From NCBI RefSeq assembly GCF_006345805.1, contig NC_043007.1, positions 58,094,001 through 58,158,000 of the forward strand: a stretch of DNA of 64,000 bases, given 5' to 3'. A program made the position numbers and the translations under genes. Of this stretch, positions 55,901 through 64,000 are shown piece by piece (the stretch's first letter is position 1; each line of letters starts with the position of its first letter). This DNA comes from Octopus sinensis. Taxonomy: Eukaryota. The notes under the pieces were generated by a model. It had not been told where the DNA came from, did not search any database, and saw nothing but the letters and a program-made list of their open reading frames with translations.

Positions 55901-56267
55901 GTACATGGTGTTTGAGGTCGGGGATGATCGTGTGTTTCCACGCATGTTTACATGTGTTTGTGTTAAGAGTGGAGATAATATCGAGTCAAATACATCATTT
56001 CGTTTCGAAAATAGTAATAAATTTCGTTAGTATTACTTACTCGGATATAGTCCAATTCTTTGTTAGTAAATCTTTGGCTCCATAGGGTGTCCTTGTTTTC
56101 GATGTTTGTGGATAGATTCGGAGCTCTGTATTTCCCTCTTACATCTTAACGTCCCCGGTGTCTTCTCCGTCCCCGGTGTCTTCTCCGTCCCCGGTGTCTT
56201 CTCCGTCCCCGGTGTCTTCTCCGTCCCCGGTGTCTTCTCCGTCCCCGGTGTCTTCTCTGTCCCCGGT
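52945..56267 (-). mobile_element. R4/Dong-type family A, copy A2 (near full length, 3' terminus missing)
   Basis: N-terminal KRRKWTREEY.. and NPNKLANVRRYI region; ENYRPITCL; IFQGDTLSPLLFCLAL; YMDD; RPDIVVRDHEEKKCFLIDVSIP (RLE); IVGALG. Near-identical to A1 over the shared part. 5' end carries an 18-bp tandem array abutting (TAA)n. Confidence 0.9.
56151..56267. repeat. 18-bp tandem array (gtccccggtgtcttctcc) x6.5
   Basis: Units start at 56151, 56169, 56187, 56205, 56223, 56241 and 56259 (partial); one substitution. Confidence 0.95.
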
Positions 56268-56318
56268 ATTATTATTATTATTATTATTATTGTTATTATT
56301 ATTATTATTATTACTATT

Positions 56319-56884
56319 GAGTGAGAGAGCAATGCATGTCATCAAAGTGATACTGGGATAAAATATACGAAGCCCAGTATTGATGCCATGGCTACCAGTC
56401 TGATGAGAGTGCACCAGGTACATGCATCACAACTATATGTGCGCGACATGGTGATCTCATATCAAGATAAACAGTGCATGACCTTGCAGGTGGGGCCCAG
56501 TTAGAATTTTCTTCAAGTCGAGTAGCCCATCTCGCTCAAAAGGTCCCTGAATAAGGGTTGTTTAAAGATGTTGAACAAAACACCCATTTTTCCGAAGATG
56601 AATTATCCAAACCACAACGAATTCCTCTCAACACATGGCTATGATTCTCCCCCCCCCCCCACTACTTCTGCTCGTGATCATAAATGCACATATCGTCAGC
56701 CACTAAGGGACGTGCCTCAAGTGGTTAAGGTCAAACAACTGACAAGCAAATCTGTGGTATTGAGCAGAATATTTGCTGTAGCCCGTCTTTCATACCAAGA
56801 TAAAACAATGTACATGATAACACTTCCAATCATTTATGATCAGAAGCCACGAGAGCCACTGCCTGGTACTACATCAAGGCATTT
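56319..56884 (-). mobile_element. ~560-bp non-coding interspersed element ('rep C'), full copy
   Basis: Same sequence at 57334, 59170, 52089 and 35955; stops in the frames checked; ATT repeats at both ends. Confidence 0.8.
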
Positions 56885-57028
56885 GTTAATATTATTATTA
56901 TTATCATCATCATCTTCATCATCATTATCATCATCATCGTCATCGTCATCGTCATCGTCGTCGTCGTCGTCATCGTCATCGTCGTCGTCGCCGTCGTCAT
57001 CATCATTATTATTATTATTATTATTATT

Positions 57029-57300
57029 CACTAGTTTTATTTTTATAGCATGCTTTCACTTCACTACCGAGCGCAGCTCTGTGTGCCTTGGGTATGTGTT
57101 GTGATTTGTTGTGATGCTCTGATGGTTATTGTAGGATGTGTGCAGTGCCTAGTAGTGCAATTTTCTGTATGTTATATGTGTTTGTAAGTCCTGGCGTTTT
57201 TGTTATGTATTTGTCTGAATTTTTTTTATCATGCCTAATGCACCTACTATGATAGGAATTGTTTCTGTTTTCAGATTCCACATTCTGGTTACCTCTATTT
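57029..57300 (-). mobile_element. R4/Dong-type family A, 3'-end fragment A3
   Basis: Near-identical to 47147-47430 (3' UTR and last codons, small internal deletion); (ATT)n on both sides on the + strand. Confidence 0.85.
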
Positions 57301-57333
57301 CCTCTATTACCTCTATTTATTATTATTATTATT

Positions 57334-57673
57334 GAGTGAGAGAGCAGTTCATGCCATCAAAGTGACACTGGGGTAAAATATACGAAGCCCAATATACCCA
57401 TCATGACTACCCGTCTGATAAAGGTACACCAGGCACATGCATCACAACCATATGTGCGCGACATGGTGATCTCATATCAAGATAAACAGCACATGACCTT
57501 GCAGGTGGGGCCCAGTTAGAATTTTCTTCAGGTTGAGTAGCCCATCCCGCTCAAACGGTCCCTGAATAAGGGTTGTTTAAGGATGTTGAAAGAACCACCC
57601 ATGTTTCCAGAGGTGAACTATTCAAACCCCAAAGAATCCCTCTCAACACATGGCTATGATGCTCCCCCACTAC

Positions 57674-57674
<1 letters not shown>
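57334..57674 (-). mobile_element. rep C, copy truncated at its right end (5' end if minus-sense)
   Basis: Left end identical in position to the full copies; right end stops at gctcccccactact and joins (ATT)n. Confidence 0.8.
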
Positions 57675-57716
<42 letters not shown>

Positions 57717-57724
57717 TATTATTA

Positions 57725-57755
<31 letters not shown>

Positions 57756-57797
57756 TTATTATTATCATTATTATTATTATTATATTATTATTATTAT

Positions 57798-59156
57798 AAC
57801 TGAGGTTTTGTTGAACTCCTGGAGTCTTGCATGTGTAGCGGGCTCGCAGCCTGCAGCCTACGTTACCATGCTATCTGTTCTTTTCAACTTTCGATTACTT
57901 TCCTGATTATTCTGGCTGTGACAAGAAAGCAAACCTTTTGTAACAGTTCTACTGGGCACTCTATTCGGATTTCTTTTATATTCCTCTAATACTGTCCCCA
58001 AGGACCCAATAATAAATGGCATTTAATCACCTTCTTCATTTTTCATATCCAGGGTATTTCGTACTTAAGAGGATTCTATGTATCTATTTTTTCACCTTCC
58101 TTCTTTTCTATTCGTGGGGCAAATAGGCAAGCAACATCAACTATATAGCATATGTGATGCACATTGTCCACCACCACTATGTCCGGTTTGTTGTGCTCCA
58201 GCATCTGATCTGTTTGGATTGGGATATCCCACGGGATTTTGCAGGTCTCCGACTCCGCCACTCTCTGCGGCTTGTACTCATACAACGTCTTGCCTCTCTC
58301 TTCAACCCACTTTTCGCAGTTTCCAGTGCAACACACTCACTGACTCATCGTGTTGCCACAAGCAGCAATGGTTCTGGGCAAGTCTAAGGCATTCGATCAC
58401 GATATGGGCAATGGTTTCGTCCACTCTAATACAGATGTGGAATAGTAGAGACACTTGCTCATTGCAAAGTTGACCATCCAGTTCGTGGCCAAAGCTTGGT
58501 CTTGTGCACTCAGTCTCTTTTTAGTGTTTCTTCCTTCAGCCAGTCCCACCTCTTTTCTAACAACTCCAGTTGTGACTACATGGAATCGATCGCGTACTTC
58601 CTTGTTTCGTAATGCTTCTCAATCTCCTTTTTGTACTTCTTGCTTTGTTTTTCCCTGTTTCTCTATTCTTAATACGCCCTCCTTCCTAACCGACACTTGC
58701 AAGGTTTCCTTACTTTGGGCTAGGTATCTCAGTAAGCTCCCGAATCCGATGCGTACTCGGTCTTCCATACTTATCAATTCCCCTCCTCCATTTATTCTCT
58801 CCATGTATAGGCGAGCAGTGATAGCACGTGGATGATGGGCTCCTTGCATCGTTAAGAGTTTTCTTATCTTCTTCTCCATCCCTTTTAGCTTCACCTCTGT
58901 CCACTTCAGAATTTCCGTGCCACACCCAAACTATTACGATTACGTGCGAGTTTATTGCCGAAGTTATTGGCAATCAGCTTTGAATCCGTTTTTTTTCTCG
59001 GGTACGCAGATACTCTTTCTATGTCTTTTCTTTCATATTGCTGTGCTAAACTCCATCTACCTCGAGTATTCCCAGGTATATATATCCAGATTCAGATTCA
59101 GTTGCCGTCATCATTTCACCACTTGCCTTCTGCCCTGACAAGCTTTCCTTGTAACG
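57798..59156 (-). mobile_element. R4/Dong-type family B, decayed 3' half
   Basis: YIYLGILE, GAHHPRA..RLYMERINGGGELIS, WDIPIQTDQMLEHNKPDIVVVD..YIVDVAC (RLE), PFIIGSLG, LLQKVCFLVTARIIRKV; flanked by (TAA)n at both ends. Confidence 0.85.
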
Positions 59157-59169
59157 TTATTATTATTAT

Positions 59170-59725
59170 GTGAGAGAGCAGTGCATGTCATCAAAGTGAC
59201 ACTGGGTAAAATATACGAAGCCCAGTATACTCATCATGAGTACCCGTCTGATAAGGGTACATCAGGCGCATGCATCACAACCATATGTGCGCGACATGGT
59301 GATTTCATATCAAGATAAACAGCACATGACATTGCAGATGGGGCCCAGTTAGAATTTTCTTTTGATCGAGTAACCCATCCCGCTCAAAAGGTCCCTTAAT
59401 AAGGGTTGTTTAAGGATGTTGAACGAAACACCCGTGTTTCCAGAGGTGAATTATTCAAACCCCAAAGAATCCCTCTCAGCACATGGCTATGATACCTCCC
59501 ACACTACTTCTGCTCATGACCAGAGATGCACATATCGTCAGCCACTAAGGGACATGCTCAACTGGTTAAGGTCAAACAACTGACTAGCAAATCTGTAGTA
59601 TTGAGCAGAATATTTGCTGTAGCCCATCTTTTATACCAAGACAAAACAATGAACATGATAACACTTCCAGTCAGTTAAGATCAGAAGCCATGTGAGCCAC
59701 TGCCTGATACTGCATCAGGGCATTT
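59170..59725 (-). mobile_element. rep C, full copy
   Basis: Colinear with 56319-56884; ATT repeats at both ends. Confidence 0.8.
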
Positions 59726-59739
59726 ATTATTATTATTAC

Positions 59740-59850
<111 letters not shown>

Positions 59851-59940
59851 TATTATTATTATTATTATTACTACTATCATTATTATTAGTATGGTGTTGT
59901 TGTTGCTGCTGCTGCTGCTGTTATTGTTGTAGTTATTATT

Positions 59941-60176
59941 TGATGAAGACAGTTTATTTTGTTGGGTATATTGGAAAGTGTCAGCTTTCCACAGCCAGCA
60001 GAATAAGGTGACACTTGTTAAATGGTCATGCTTCAAAAACCCTGCAAAGAAATCTTGCAGTGCCACGCAATGCTGATATTTGTAGGTGTTCTATCTTTAT
60101 ATTTGCACCAATCTTTTTGAGCCATGTTGGTAGTTGAGTGCGGATACTTTCAAGTGCATCAATTACTATTGGTATC
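59941..60176 (-). mobile_element. R4/Dong-type 3'-end fragment (family D)
   Basis: IPIVIDALESI..WLKKIGANIKIEHLQISALRGTARFLCRVFEA* matches the R4-type C-terminus. Short 3' UTR with an aagtgtca/tgacactt stem, embedded in ATT-type repeats. Confidence 0.65.
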
Positions 60177-60225
60177 ATAATTATTATTGTTATCATTATT
60201 ATCAGTTTCATCATTATCATCATCA

Positions 60226-60278
<53 letters not shown>

Positions 60279-60313
60279 TATATTATTATTATTTATTATT
60301 ATTATTATTATTA

Positions 60314-60355
<42 letters not shown>

Positions 60356-60504
60356 TAATTATTATATTATTATTATTTATTATTATTTTATTAATTATTA
60401 TATTATTATTTTTTATTACTATTATTATTATTATATTATTATTATTATTATTACTATTATTATTATTATTATTATTACTATTATTATTATTATTAATTAT
60501 ATTA

Positions 60505-60545
<41 letters not shown>

Positions 60546-60555
60546 CATCATCATT
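60177..60555. repeat. (ATT)n microsatellite array
   Basis: Direct inspection; source of the poly-I/L/Y ORFs. Confidence 0.95.
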
Positions 60556-60557
60556 AG

Positions 60558-60750
60558 TAAGGCGGCATGCTGGCGCAACCGTTAGCATACCGGACAAAAT
60601 ACTTAGCAGCATTTTACCTGTCTTTGTGTTCTGAGTTGAAATTCCTCCGAGGTCAGCTTTGCCTTTCATCATTTCAAGTACTGGGGTCGATGTAATCAAC
60701 TATCCCTTCCCTCAAAATTTCAAGCCTTGTGCCTTTAGTAGAAACGATTA
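60558..60750 (+). mobile_element. SINE family M, tail type 2a
   Basis: Diverged head, partly deleted core, aaaatttcaagccttgtgcctttagtagaaac tail. Confidence 0.7.
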
Positions 60751-61639
60751 TTGTTGTTGTTGTCATTGCTGTTGTGTGATTTAGAACAGTCAAAGTTTGA
60801 GCTTGGATTTAGGACAATTCTATAGTGTAGTAAATACGATAAGAAGAAACTTCTCCAATCACAAATCATGCAGAATCCCTAAATTATATATAAGTTTTAA
60901 CTTTGTGTTTTCAAATTTTGTTACAATTAATTATTCTACACGTTCCGCCTCCAACGTTGAAGCATAGACTGAAGCTTGTCTACATTTATCAGAAATTTTC
61001 ACTCGAAAAACGCACATTTTGATATCGAATGAAAAATGTTTTACAAACCTTATAACAATTTGAACGAGCCGTGCATACTTTCCAACCTCCAATCTTATCG
61101 TCAGACATTCAGAATAGGTACAGTGTTGTGAGCATAAATGATTTGAACACCTAAATATTTTAAACTGTTTATCCGAACAAATAATTTTAAATAATCAATA
61201 AAGGTGATTTCCTCTTCTCGGAGAGGTATTTTTGAAATAAATAATATTTAACCAATATGACACGTTTCATCAAACAAAAACAGCGATCTGGTCAATTGAT
61301 TTGTCTCATTCCAACCGTTGTCATGATAGTTAAACACTTTGCGTTACTCTAAACTATATTAATTCTGATCGTTTAAATCGACATAACAGATTCATCGTTA
61401 ATAACAACTCTACTACTTTTTCTCCTCTCTTCCTATTTATTCACTCCTTCCCAATATTCACTCTGCTCCATCAATGTCCCTGTATATCCTGCTGTTACTC
61501 AACTCCCAACTAACTGGATATAACGTTAGTTTTTATCAGGGATTCCTCATTACAACATAATGAATACTGAAATGAAACAATAGGAAATTGAAATGATATG
61601 TGTGTGTGTTTGTTTGTTTGTTTGTTATTTGCTAGTGTA

Positions 61640-61723
<84 letters not shown>

Positions 61724-61878
61724 TATATATATATATTATATATATATTATATTATATATATATATATATATAGTATTGTAGTATGTATTTATGTATGTAT
61801 GTTGTATGTATGTGAATTATATTATATATTATACATACATATACAAATAAATGTATATAAATATATTATATATGTAAT

Positions 61879-61937
<59 letters not shown>

Positions 61938-62124
61938 ATATATATATATACTGATGCATATATACATGCATGCATACATACATCCAAACAGACAGACAGA
62001 CATAGAAATCCAGAGAGAGGCAAAGAAAAAGCAACGAGATACGAAAACAAGTCACACACAAATTCTTTCTTCTCAATCATGCACCATATACAACACGCTC
62101 TTTATCTCTCTCTCTCTCTCTCTT

Positions 62125-62155
<31 letters not shown>

Positions 62156-62394
62156 TATATATATATCTATATATATATATATATAGCTATATATATATAT
62201 ATATCGGTCGCTCCTATACACACACAACATACACATGTACATACCCAGACTCTTTCTGAAATGCGCTAACATACACATATACACTCACACACACACACAC
62301 ACAGATCACAACAGAGCACATAATGTATAATTGTCTGCAAATCATACTTATTATAGTTGAAGAACAGTAACATTATATATTATATTCCATACCA

Positions 62395-62425
<31 letters not shown>

Positions 62426-62461
62426 CATATATGCATATATACATACATATATATATATATA

Positions 62462-62506
<45 letters not shown>

Positions 62507-62639
62507 TATATACGTATATACATATATATAAATTTACACACACACACTTATATATATATATGCTGTGTATTTCTGCCAATTTCCATAAGATTATTTTACA
62601 CAGAATGTTTATCAACCTAAACTGTTTTGTTCTCCTCAC

Positions 62640-62756
62640 AGTATTTTTTATCCTTCCTAAATCGTGATGTTGCTGCTGTTGCTGCTGCTGCAGATGATGA
62701 TGATGATGCTTTGAGAATAGGGAAGGGTTAGTTGGTGATAGTGGGGAGATTGACAT
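62640..62756 (-). CDS. Candidate first coding exon of an unidentified gene (His/Gln-rich N-terminus)
   Basis: ATG at 62756 gives MSISPLSPTNPSLFSKHHHHHLQQQQQQQHHDLGRIKNT, then a possible phase-0 donor act|GTGAGG; ~450 nt of unique purine-rich sequence lies upstream. No homology recognised and no downstream exon found. Confidence 0.2.
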
Positions 62757-63501
62757 TGACGGCAAAACCAAAGTTCTTCAGTCTTCAGTCTTCATTTCTT
62801 TCCTTCTTTTTCTTTCATGTTTTTTGCTCACATTTTTTTCTTCAATATTTTTTTTGTTTCTGTGTTGCCATCATCAGGTCTTAACTTTTGACATAATAAA
62901 TGTCTTTCTTCTTCCTATTTACTTCTTTGGAAATATATATTTTTTATCCAAACTCGGAATTTCTTTTCTTTCTCTTTGTATCATTTTTCTTCTTATTTGC
63001 TAGATTATCTCCACCCTCTCTACCTTCAACTTCTCACATAGCCAAATTTGTTTTGTATTGCTATAATTGATTATTTTTTTCTCCCCATACCTTAATCCAT
63101 TTCCATACATATCATTCCATTCCAAGCACATTGTTTTTTCTTCAGTATTCTCAAACATGCACATAGACATAACCAAGAAGCCAGCCAGCCAACCGACCGA
63201 CTACGATCCCGCAAATGGAAACACACTCAAATACACACACAGATACAGATACAGAAATAAGCATATACAATGACATACACACATGATTTTAATAGAATTA
63301 TTTATGTATTCAAGAGGGTTATATATTTCATTTAAAAAATAGTCAAAAATTCATACAAATACACACACACGCACACACACACACACACACAATACATACA
63401 TACATACATACATACATACATACATACATACATACATACATACATACATACACATACATACATACATATATACATACATATGCATGTATCTACAAATGTT
63501 G

Positions 63502-63549
<48 letters not shown>

Positions 63550-63794
63550 TTCTTACATACAAACATATATACATACTTACATATATACAACATGTATACA
63601 TGATTATATTTTTATATACTTAATGAAGTTTATTTGTGCAAAAATAAGTATGTATATATGTGTTTATACACACATGTAAATACGAACCTACGAATTTACA
63701 TACACATTTATAACTATCTATAACCCGTTGCTGAAGAGGCAATATTATATGCGGGTATTATTCAAATACATTTTGAGATAGATAGATAGATAGA

Positions 63795-63825
<31 letters not shown>

Positions 63826-63858
63826 CATACACACACATATATATATGTAGATATATAT

Positions 63859-63889
<31 letters not shown>

Positions 63890-63918
63890 ATGTATGTATA
63901 TATATATATATACATATG

Positions 63919-63962
<44 letters not shown>

Positions 63963-64000
63963 CTCACATACACATATATACTTATGTATACATATACGCA

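Noticed and set aside
56063-56423. ORFs with GTEKTP / DTGDGE / SSPSPV repeats
   Set aside because: All are readings of the 18-bp array plus ATT repeats.

Overview
AT-rich, microsatellite-saturated animal genomic DNA, most likely an octopod cephalopod (inferred from the repeat landscape and SINE types recognised from memory, not from a search). No host protein-coding gene could be demonstrated; the only candidate is one weak first exon at 62640-62756 (-). The window is a retrotransposon graveyard. (1) A same-strand, head-to-tail nest of R4/Dong-type non-LTR elements (RT + CCHC + restriction-like endonuclease) from several families at 47-60.5 kb, plus one at 5.6 kb, sits in or beside (TAA)n tracts. 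It is interleaved with a ~560-bp non-coding element that behaves like their non-autonomous partner. (2) A Tx1/L1-clade element lies inside (TATC)n, and its terminal 42 nt match the tail of one subfamily of an abundant SINE. (3) There are RTE, L2-like, CR1-like and Penelope-like remnants, with one fairly clear and one decayed hammerhead ribozyme motif. (4) Several tRNA-derived SINE families show tail swapping. (5) Other structure includes fold-back junctions, a 29-bp minisatellite, a higher-order ATT array, a ~26.3-kb-spaced duplication and a 100-N gap. Almost all listed ORFs outside the retroelements are microsatellite translation artefacts. Most boundaries are approximate (read by eye).
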